Assembly (NCBI RefSeq): GCF_902459465.1
Contig: NC_047067.1
Location: forward strand, 19,964,001-20,028,000
DNA length: 64,000 nucleotides
Source of the DNA: Asterias rubens
Lineage: Eukaryota
Direction of reading: 5' to 3'
In this document: piece after piece, positions 10,835 through 22,075 of the stretch
How positions within the stretch are numbered: position 1 is the stretch's first letter
Layout of the letters: each line of letters begins with the position of its first letter
The notes under the pieces: generated by a model
Seen by the model: only the letters and a program-made list of their open reading frames with translations
What the model was told of the DNA's origin: nothing
Databases searched by the model: none
Program-made: the position numbers and the translations under genes

Positions 10835-13800
10835 ACTGTGTACAGGTCATCCAATAACATGCCTAAAAGTGAAGCATGTGAGTGACTGTGTCACACCCCC
10901 GGGAAAAGTGCGAGTTAACATTAACCCCATTAAACACCATGGAGGCACCATTTATAAGTCAATAGGGCACTTTGTACATTATTTTACAATCGATTGGCTT
11001 TGTCACCCCGGCCCCCGAAATAAAAGTTCGAGTTCGCTTTAACTTATATTGTACCATGGAGGAAAACACACCATTTTTATGTTAGTAAATGGGATACTTT
11101 GGAACGTCGGTGGCTGCAGTCTTAATTGGGTGTGTCATTGTTTACGTTGTTCCGAGCAGGTGCACATAATCAAGTGCAATGGATTTACCTGGTCTTACGC
11201 CACCTAACGTCCCAAAAGTCACACATTTAATATTTATTCGTGTTTTAATTTCACGATAGACGTTCCCTCTTAAAACTTCCTTGTCAGAATTGACCCATAT
11301 TCCAGGTCCCGGCCAGGGGACCTGATGATCCACGTACGGGCCAAACTGACCTATGGATTCCTGTCAAAGCGTTGTATTTTGGCCCGTCAGTTTGACCCAT
11401 CTCCTTGACACACATCCGGATCACACTGTTCAGACCGGAAGTTTCTACCAGTGGTTTTAGATGCATCTGTTCTTTGTATGGAAAGACATGAATAACAAAG
11501 CTATGTTTTCCATTTTAGAGAACATATCACGAGATAGGATGCTTTGATATTAGAAGAACCCTTGAAGTAGTATGTAATTCATCCAATAAAAAAGTATATA
11601 TAATGATATTTTTGGAAAGATTGTCTCTACATGAGATAACATCTCATGGGTAGTGACTTTATGATGTACTTTTGGGTATTTCTCTCGAATTATTGAACAA
11701 AATCATGGCCAACACGATCAGCCTTATAAACCTGTCACTGTTGATAATAACCCTTAATTGTGATACCGTCTTTCTCATGACATCTCGGAAGCTTTTACTT
11801 GTATATGTCCTTAATTAAAGTTCTTAGAAGGAACCATGGTGGAGGTATATTCAAACTCTGTTGGTGCGCGCTTCGTTAATTTGATAGCGAAGATGCGAGC
11901 TCACATCAATGGGGATGATTGATGGTTCAAGACGGCATCTTCTTCCCCGATGTCCGAGGAAAATGCGTTCATCGGAGATTGTGTTTATCCCCAATTATGG
12001 GCAATTATTAACATCTCGGCATGTCTTTACGCATTCACACCAAGGACTTTAACAAAAGGGACCCGGAGTATTTACCTAAAACCACCGGGATAGCTGTTAC
12101 TTTGCCTTTTTGCACGAAACCACAATGGGAGACGAATGGAATGTCCTCGGTTTACACTGATTACAAACATTGTGTGTATAGACCTCGATTGTTCTGAGGT
12201 CCACACGAGTAATGCAACGCTAAGCCTATACTTTCCCATTATAAAACAATAATGTGTGTTTTACACCTGACGAATCTCCACTGCAGGCCTTACATTTCTC
12301 TCCTTTTCCATCAGTGTCATGTCTGATACAATACCGTTTCCATCACCATCATAGTGGTTGATTGCCGGTGCAGAATCCACCGGCAGACAGCTGGTCTTTT
12401 GCCCGGTACAAAACCGCCTGCTCACGGTAGGCAATACCTGCAATCTGACAATAGTCTTCGATTTCCCCTTTCTTGCGATTGTTTCCTCAAAAACGTCCAA
12501 GACCGACCATGAAGATTTCCTGCGTCAAATACTTCACAGTATATAGTAGGGATCGGCCTTTGATTATTTTAGAGTAAAGCAAACTGTTATTAATTAATAT
12601 TAGAAAGATTTGTGATAATATAAGTTAAAGGGCAGAGCAAGTCGTGGATGTTGCACATTTTCACCACACCTGACCTAGATATAAACATTGTCAAATACAA
12701 CAAGCATTCGCAGCATCGATGTGCAACCAAGTTCTGTTTGATTAACATCCTAACGCCCTACTTAATCATAGGTGTTGGCTAAATTACTTCTTGCCTCACA
12801 TCAGTGGTCGAGACATCAAGGGACTACTAGTTATAAACACCGGCCATGAAGAGTGCCTCACGAGTCCCAGTTTTAAACAAGACACTGACTTTAGAAATTA
12901 ATACCACAGACGTGGAAGCACCACTGTTTTTCATAAAAAGTATGGTACCCAAAGTAAAAGCATCTTTGGGCACACTCAACACGACTTGCAGGTTGCTCGC
13001 CATGAAATCGAGACGCAAGGTTTTAGGTTATAAAAACAAGTATTGTTTTTGTGTGTAAAATCAGTCGAATAATTTCCCACATGAATATCAAGCTTCAAAG
13101 TAAAGAACTTCTGGCTGAAATTGGAAAAGAAAAAATGTGTTTCAGAAAACGTCGACCCATTTCGATTCCAATCTGTCAGATGTATTGAAAATACGAGGCA
13201 CTTTTGATGTCGTTCTGAGGCCCAACTCGTTATAGGGTAAAACTTTAGACATGGCGTCAGTGTCATGGCGTTCTGAGTACCGTACAGCGCAAAATGCCAA
13301 TTTCTATTGATTTATTAAGCCAATCGAAAAATGTCTTTATTTAACATCTTATTTGATTGTCTACAGTTTAAGTTCAACTAAAATCAGTTTAAGATAATCC
13401 ATATTAAAAATAGTACCCGTTTAGCGTAGTATTTGAACAATCTTTCCCTATCGATGACTATAGTTCTTCAACCAAAATTGTTTCCAGAATAATTTATTCC
13501 TCTGACGCCAAACAATAGGTGTTTCAGTCTTGTTGTAGTACAGTGTATGCTATGAACCAATTTAACCGATGAGTTAACAATTTAACACACCAATTGTCTG
13601 GAAACAAATCGAGCTGCTAAAGTTCATCCGAAGAGAAACTCTTTCCAAAAGTCAATGACAGCAGAATGCACTAGGAATGGAACTGTGTACATTCACATGC
13701 AATGCCATTGCGCGAAGTGGCGAAGCCGGTTCAGTGTTGGTCCCGTTTCGTCATGAGAGTATAATGGAGTGTCACGAGCGCCTTGACTCAAGACTAACCT

Positions 13801-14510
13801 TTTTAGGGTGTCTGGGAGCTTTTTTGTTAACAAACTGCATTTCGCGCCATCAATGTTCATGGTAGAATACGTTAATACAATGTAGACTTTATACTTTTGG
13901 TTAAGCATAATAACCTTTACAGACATTGTAGAGATATTTTCTATGCCAAAGTGTTTTGAAAAATAAATATTAACTGTTTAATATTTTGTTTGTGTGTTAG
14001 TTATTCCATTATCAACTGGAGATTCCGAGTTCACAATTGGAACTGCCTACGGGTCATAAACAACGTCAATCTGACCTGTTTAAGGTTAGAACTAAAGGTT
14101 TCATCTGTTTTATCTTTAAAAAAAACCCAATAAAAATAAACAAATCGAACGAGTAGTTAACTAAAAAAGTGTTTTCGGTCTCCTGGCTGCAGTACCGGTG
14201 TGTGAGATAGGTTTTAAACCAACTTTTGGCTCAATCAAAATGTGTAAAGGTCGTCAGCCTCAAGACAAACAACAAAATGGTGGGACGAACTCTCGCCCGT
14301 TACTCGATATTTCCAGTGTTTTTGTCAGTTGATAAAATTGCTTATTTGTCAGCATTACACTCCTTTTGTCAAAATATGAAATTGGCTGGAGGTATAAGAT
14401 TTCAGCACGAAGTGTAAACCTTCGGAAGGCATTTTATCACTGTGACACCTTAGCTCGACAGCTTGTACATGCATTGCGGAGACAAGTCTGGCCCGGACGT
14501 CTCTTACTCT

Positions 14511-14660
14511 TGATTGGTTGGGGCCGGCTGTAAATCCATGACGTATGTTCTGTACTTCCTTTTGATTGAGTGAGGCCGGCTAAAAAGCCATGACGTATGT
14601 TCTGAAGTTGCTTCTTTTGATTGGGTGGGGCCGGCTGTAAAGCCATGACGTATGTTCTCT
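14511..14660. repeat. Three 52-55 bp tandem units, each with ATTG(G/A), GGCCGGCT and CCATGACGTATGTTCT
   Basis: Units start at 14511, 14563 and 14618. Confidence 0.85.
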
Positions 14661-17600
14661 ACTTAACAACCACAACCAATACTTCTCCATTGCCTTTACG
14701 TGTTTTTGTTTGTTTGTTTATTTGGTTGGTGGTATTTCCCACCTCTTTTTTGGGGTGGAAGTGCACATTGAACGTTAAGACTGTCGCTTCATTTTTACAC
14801 CAATGTGACTGTGAAACCTTAATCAGAGAAGCATTAAAGGCAGTTTAATGAACTCACCCACTCGTCACAAATAGTTGAATTATTTGTCAACTTTGAAACT
14901 CATGTTGGCTCAATCATCAATCTTGCATACCTATATCAGTGTATAGTGCTGTGTAGGCCTACAATTATTGTTCAACTATAAAGAGCAAGGACCTGCTGTA
15001 TGGTTCAACAATCTTTCCCCTGCTAAATTCAAGCAGGCACTGTGTTTTCTTTAGACATTGAACTGTGAGTTATTCCGATCGCTTGATTTGCACCAGACTA
15101 AAAGCAAAGGAGATATCATGACTGTAACAAGGTAGCTGCATCAACAACAAAAAGAGAGGGAAAAGGTGGTTTGAGAAAGATTCTTAATAAGCCCTCTCGA
15201 TATACCAGGGCTCTGGTGACAGGCTTCATCAGTCCGTTTGAAAATAACCGACGGAGCGTCATATAGAGCCTAAGCCAAACTCATGGTTTCGAAAAGTATG
15301 GTGGGAAAAACTAGACTGCCAAGTCAGGACATCTTTTATTTTTGAGTGCACCAATAGAACCCGAAGAGGTACTGTTTTGACAACGCAAAATAAATAACAT
15401 GAATCGTAATCATGTACTTTTTGTTTAAATGAAGGCGATAGAGGCAATGCGGGCACCAGATCCGCACCAGACTATCGTAAATGCAAAATGGTCAGACATC
15501 ATCAGAATAGTTTACACACCATGCGGGCAACTAAATAAGTGCGGACTTTTGATGACAGTTTTATACGTTTCCATTGACAGCCCCCATGGGCAACTTCATT
15601 TCACATGTTGCAACGTCTGCACATTTAAAATAAATAAAACTCAATTGTTGCTTTTTTTTTTAAAGCAGCATTGACGAAACCAAACCCATTATAATACATT
15701 ACAAAAAAGCACATTATCAAAGTCAGTCATTTGGGCTCAATGTTGACGTTGCGTATAGATGAAGCAGATCAGTTATACTTTGAATATGGCATCAGGAACA
15801 TACAAGAGTGTGACTTGGGATGAAGGCCCGCCTTGTCATCTTTGTAGACTTTTTACCGGAATAGGCTTTGAACCTGCGGATGCAGTCAGAACAAATCTAT
15901 TGGCAAATTGGAGAGACCGCTAACTTTCGGGCAAGTAAGCTCATTTTGGTAAAAGCGCAGGCACGTGAAATCCAGGGGTAGTAGTTCAAATCACATTCCA
16001 GTCAATTATTTTCGTCGTGCACCCGAAATGTGAATTAACTTTACTCAGTCTGCAGTTTCCTTTGTGGTTTATTGCTTGATGCTTATTTCATTTATTGACA
16101 CCCCAACCGTTTTGCCCAAGGGACTGTTCAAAGTCTGTGAAAATGACAAGCTTTTGTTATGACACAATATTTCAGTCTTGTCTATAATTGAGAGAAAAAG
16201 GCAATTAATGTGCTTTGCTTGGATCGCTGGATTATTCTGTAACGCAACACAAGAGATGATTTATAAGACCTTCGCCGGTGTGACTTTTATAATGATTTTT
16301 GTTTTATCTCGATGGAAAAACATTACTGTTTTTACTTGTTTTATTTGGGTGTTGAGATCTTCGCTTTGTCACCAAGCATGGTGTCACTCCCGTCTTTAGG
16401 TGTTTAGTGCGTGAGTGTGTAATTACGTCACTATAAAAGCATGCACACACCGCTCTGAACAATCAAAATTAACTACCGACCGGCATCACGGGAGATTATA
16501 TTGTTATTGCTGTATCAAAAAACTTGAAATAATCAAGTGTAGCTTATTGTTTCGTTCGAGTATGTAGGAAAAGCCCACAGATATTATTCCAACTTGAGGA
16601 CAGGCTCTTGACATTTTGCAGTCAATGGACAAGTGTTGTCATCATTAATCATTACAATCCATTCTGACATTTGTTTTAGCAGATAATAATATAGACAATT
16701 TGTAGGTTTTATTGCCATCAATTTTTAGACTGATTACCAAACGTATACCTTCCCTAATACTATATCTGGCCATTTCACAAATCAGTGAAGTCCCCTATAG
16801 AAACTGAAATACAACACTGCTGAAAAATGTTTTATTGATAAAAATGTCATTGATCAAACTAAGCCACAAAACTATTACACCCTCGTCTTGCGTTATAAAG
16901 CAAAGGTTTTTATGAGAGCCACTTTACACACAGAAATCAAAAGAAAATAATTTCTTTCACTAATCTTTGTCTTTGCAGTGATGGTAATTATCAGACTATA
17001 AAAGTTACAAATTGTCCCCTTATAAGCTTCATCCACAAGAGGCAAAGAATTTCCACTTGAAAATCAATGTTGAAAGTTACAATCAATGAAAGCATAAACA
17101 CACTTCAAGTACTAAGTATAAGATAGTTTAAAGGGTCTCTTGGTGTTATTGTAAACATCTACATTAATATTGGACTAAAACAGTCGAACTTAAAAACAAA
17201 AACAAAGATATACTTTGCCTTTGAAGTGGGTTTATGGTGAATTATTTGTAGTTGTGTGGGTTTTTGCCTTTCTCTTTATAAGGCAATGGATGAAGTTTCG
17301 TATAGTGTAGATTTTTCATCACAGGGTCTAAAAGATTGGAATTTGCATCGGGGAAAAATATATACATTTTGGTTTTACCCATATAAACCGATGTGGTTAG
17401 CACTGTATCCGAGTTCCTTCAAAACAAATCACAGGCATATTACTCAGGTGGGATTCGAACCCACGACCTTTGTAATTATAAAGCAGTGTCTTACCAACAC
17501 CGTCAAATTTGCCCGGTAGATAGAGGCATTTCGAATCATATCCTTTATCCCGATGCAAAGTTCCATCTATGAAATCGTTGCTGTATCGATCCGCTGCTAA

Positions 17601-18629
17601 ATACATCCCACCCGAGGGCCTGTGATTTATTTTTCACAGAGCTCGGGAAAGTACGGTCAAAATCTATGTCGTGCCACACTTATTATTGTAGGAAAAATTG
17701 AAGCCAAAATATTATTGCAAAGTCTCGTCTGAAATTATGAAAGTGCAAAACAGATATCTCCACAATATGAATTAAAAAAGTTGAATGAGGTTAACTTGTG
17801 CAGGTTTCCGATTTCAAGCTTTTTATTATTATTTTTTTTCACAAGGAAAAAATATATAGTTACAAATTTTCACAGTTTGTAGGTTGGGTGTAGTTGTGTG
17901 GTTGGATCAGTCGATGGAAATCATTGGTTTAAAGGCACTGTACACCTTTGGTAATAATTGTCAACGACCAGTATTCTCACGTGCACATGGTGTATTCTAA
18001 CATAATATGCATCAAATTACAAATCTATGAAATTAATGTCGGCTCAATATTGGTCATCGAATTTGCGAGAAAATGATGAAAGAAAAAACACCCTTGTTGC
18101 ATTACTCTGTGTGCTTTCAGATGCATAAGAATAGGCTCACAGTTATTATTTTTTATTTTTGAGTGAGAAATTACCTCTTTCACAAAAACGTTCATTTAGA
18201 GGTAGGCGATTCTTGCAATGTTTTTTATGTTATCAATAGCTTTCCACTGCTCGTTATAAAGTAAGCTTCTTCCTATACAGTGATGTAACCTTTTGTGACT
18301 TTTTCTACACCCGGCCTTGTGATAAATTGTTTGTGTAAAGACCTTTTCCATTCAAAGATGTAGGAAAACCACCACTATTGAAAAAAACACCAATTGTTAA
18401 ACTACATTCATCATTCAAAATTTAAATTTCATCAATTGATGAGAACAGATACCTTTATAAAATTAACTTCTTATAAGAAGGTGTAGTATTGATATCTGCA
18501 TTACAACCTATCGTGCAAAGGCAGTCACAAAGTCAGTTTTGCTATAAAAGGTGGAATTTTGCCGATTATAAAATCATGTGGAAACATTGCCAAGTCAGGA
18601 AAGATCTTGGACCTAATCGGGTGGTTCCC

Positions 18630-18686
18630 TGACGTCAATACCAAATAAGGTAATTGGATTAAAAATAGCATGTTCCGATGACGTCA
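18630..18686. promoter_or_regulatory. CRE-CArG-CRE cluster
   Basis: TGACGTCA 18630-18637, CCAAATAAGG (CC[A/T]6GG) 18641-18650, TGACGTCA 18679-18686. Confidence 0.55.
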
Positions 18687-19142
18687 AAGCATTTAAAAGA
18701 AATTCCCTCACAAAGCTCATCTAGACTGTGTAAGCATACAATTAGATGGCCCGTCTGTGAAAAATGTGTGCTAAAATTTGGAGTTGTGTTACTATACGAA
18801 ATAATTTTATGTTCAGCCTGAGAGTGGACTTTTTAGTATTATTTGTTGAACTCACTCGGAGCAAAGTTCTTATAATACTTCCAAAGGTTAATCTTTTTGT
18901 GCGTTGCAAAGTCATCTCAAGATTGCTTCAAGCGAACGGAGTGCAATGCCTTATGACTCCAAAAATCAAAGACATTAAAATGCTCCTACTCAGCGCCGTA
19001 TTTTGTAGAAATTTTCTGCAAAATAAAGCGACTATTTTCAAGTGTATACCTCATTGAGCAGTGAATGCTACACCGTAACAAACAACTGATAAAACAAATA
19101 TACCAGGAATTATATAAACAGAATAACGAAAGGAAAACTTAC

Positions 19143-19320
19143 CGTGTTTGAAGGGATGTAAGCGTCTGAGTTGTCGATAGTAGCAAGCGATAACAAACAG
19201 CCACAAAATCAAAACGGGATAAAGTTGCCAATCAACGGGAGATTTTTTTGCGAAGAAGTCCAAAATGTTATCTCAAGGAAAAACTTCAATACTGCAGCAG
19301 AATTGTCACGTCTTTTTATA
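19143..19320 (-). promoter_or_regulatory. Candidate TATA promoter, Inr and non-coding first exon on the minus strand
   Basis: TATAAAAA 19320-19313. Inr-like GCAGT with A at 19293, 27 nt from the TATA start. ATG-free exon ending CACG|GTAAGT at 19143/19142. Confidence 0.5.
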
Positions 19321-19712
19321 CCGGGTTGGTTGGTCAGACTCCCATCAACATCCAGCTGGTAGTATGGTGTCTCAGTTAAAAAAAAACACCTAAGGCAAAA
19401 TATTATTTTTTTCGACAAAAAAAGAAAGAACACCGGACTCAGTCTGTCAAGATGATGCACGCACTAACCGCGAGTGACGCCTGATGAGTGCAGGCCAGTA
19501 AAGTGTCAACAGTTTACCCATACGTTTTACGTTTAATAACGGTTGTTTACGCGCGCATTTTGTTGTCTGCCAGGTGATCAAATATTAAGCGATGTAAAGA
19601 GGAAATGGGCTTATGACAGGGAAGGGGGAAAAGTAGATGCGATGAGGGGAGGCTGGATGTTTTACAATGTGTAAACGACACACATATAGAAACTCAAGGT
19701 CTTTACCCACGT

Positions 19713-19990
19713 GGGGGATGAGGTTTATGGGGCGGGGCGGTGTGGGGAGGAGGGTATCACTGCAAGGGGGTGGACAGTCCTGGCGGTAAAATCTCACTTG
19801 TGTCTGATGACGGAAAGTAAGAAGTGTTTATGGAAATGTTAAAAATGGCGGCAAGCTGAAGAGTGGGCGAAGTAGTAGACCTACCGACCAGCACAGAGGC
19901 GGGTCCATGAACCATAATGAGGCGGGTCCATCTTTCGGGCCGGGGGTGATGGAGAAAAGGACGTTGATATGCGGGCACTTTTCGCATGGG
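19713..19990. promoter_or_regulatory. GC/CpG-rich promoter-like patch with G-run cluster, GC boxes and YY1 site
   Basis: GGGGCGGGGCGG at about 19727-19740 within several G runs. AAAATGGCGGC at 19842-19852. GAGGCGGGTCCAT occurs twice. Confidence 0.4.
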
Positions 19991-21129
19991 CACAATTTCA
20001 GCAGCTTAAGCAAAACATATCACTTTATAGTTTCCTGCTATAGTTATTAACAGGGCTTAATTTATAGTGCTGCTTAAACGGAAAGTTGCTTCACCATTTT
20101 CTGCTTAGCAGAAATGGATACCAGTCAAAACTTAACTTGTATACATGTTGAAATGTTTTTTTTTTTCGGCTGCTAAACCTGTTCTGGTGATTATGTGGTA
20201 TTGTGTATAGCTCTAGGCCTATGCAATTGGGCACATGATGTATAAATACCGAGTCATACGATGTGAAATGGTATTAGGCCAGTCATCTTGCTGCTAGAGC
20301 TATGCATAAACTAAGTTGTGCTAAATAGCTACTTTTAGTGCTTAGCAGCTTTATGAAATTGGGCTATGGGATCAACTTTGTCAGGGGCGGGCGGCGACAC
20401 CCTCATATTACCTCCGGACCATGCACCACCGTCCGTCAGAACACTTTCACCACACTTCCGAACTTCTATTTGAACGACAAAAACTTTTACATTGATGGAT
20501 TTTTTCCATACTCGCTATCAATCATCAGTTTTGAGAAACAGTTTAGGAAAACAGACAAATTTTTCAACCAATTCCCACCTGCCCTTGGATCGTCCATTTT
20601 TTGAGGACTAGTTGACAAGATTGTTGGAACTGTCTGATCTGACCGCCAGGTAGACTCGTTATCCGGGTCTGAGGGATGTACTGTCAGGGAAAGACACCTG
20701 CTCGATATATTGTATGAATAATACAGAAGTTGTAGCAACGGATGGAAACAAGACTACGAGCAGACATCTCAGGGTTGTGCTGTGGGTAATAATAATTTGC
20801 TCAGCACTTAAAAATATTACTTAGCGGCAGAAACTGGTTCCTAGCCAAAATTCCATAAAGTTTACAAAATATTGTTATGACTGATGCCCCATCACCCGAT
20901 TTTTGCTTTAAATTTGCTCAGCAGTATTATGTCAGCAGAGCCCATGCCAATGAAGCTTCTTCGTTTTGCATGTTGTCAACGAACTCTAGTGTGTTGTTTG
21001 AATGTCCATGCACGTTTTCAAAGTTGAGACACAAGCCACAAAGTAGAAGTCGAAGTTTCGAAAAGGCCGCTAACCCCAAAACGGAAAGTTCTGCCCTCTA
21101 TTGACACTTTCAGCCTAGCCTGACCTTTG

Positions 21130-21229
21130 ACAGTTGCGAGGGACGCGCCATATTTTCCAAAAAATAAAAATGACATAATTTCGAAGTTCAGTTTCAAGCC
21201 CGCATCTGAAAACTACAGAAACTGTAACG
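21130..21229 (+). other. CEP290: Candidate non-coding first exon of CEP290
   Basis: Strong ACG|GTAAGT donor at 21230. CpG-containing flank with a YY1-like CGCCATATT at about 21147. The ATG exon is preceded by an acceptor GGGGACAG ending 22050. The 5' boundary is a guess. Confidence 0.5.
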
Positions 21230-22075
21230 GTAAGTAAAGTATGTTATGTTTATCCATAATCATTTAAAAGAATTAAATTATTTGTGAACGGTTTCAAGGG
21301 AAACTCTGACCGGAAACCGCGGGCTTGAATTGGATGAGGTTGCTTGCCCCATTTCCGGACATAAACTTAGATGATTTGACTAAATAAAAAGAACATTCCT
21401 AACTAATAAAAAACGTTGTTTACTTACTTGTAAAATTGTATTGTTTTACTATTTTTGGGGTTTCTTTATTTAAGATGTGGATCTCTTCCGGCACCGGCTT
21501 TGTTTTAGTAAATATTATTAAGCCGGGCAATATTAAATCACCCTCTTTTCCCTTTTGTGCTTGATTGAATGAACTATTGTTGAATTAAGTTCTTAAGTTG
21601 TTGAATTCTCAAGCATACGCCACGGCGTATAAATTGATTTGAATTGAGATAAACTGCTCCTCAAACATGGCAAAACAAATATAAGAATGAATATATCCTT
21701 TTCAAAAATTATTGTCAGTAAGCACTTCCGTCTTCGTGATGACTGATGCACCATCTTGAATTGAATAAGTCTGATACTAGTTTTGTCAAATGGGAATTGA
21801 TACCCAGGTAAAGGACTCTGTGTTACACGCCTACTACAGTGCTAGAACTTCACATAGGCCTACACTACAGCACACGTCTGGAGTCACAAGACACAATCTG
21901 ATAATCAAAATTTCAAAATAAACAAATTATCCCCTTGTGCGAGCAAGACGCCGCCTATTGTTATTTTTCATTCAAATTGTCGTAATGCGTCATTTTATGT
22001 GTAACAATGGATAGATTTTAATTAATTTAAACGTTTAATTTTGGGGACAGTAAAGAAGGAAGGACAGTGTTCACC

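Noticed and set aside
11880-13870. Several 60-96 aa ORFs between RGP and CEP290
   Set aside because: No recognisable motifs, consistent splice flanks or TMTC3-like sequence.
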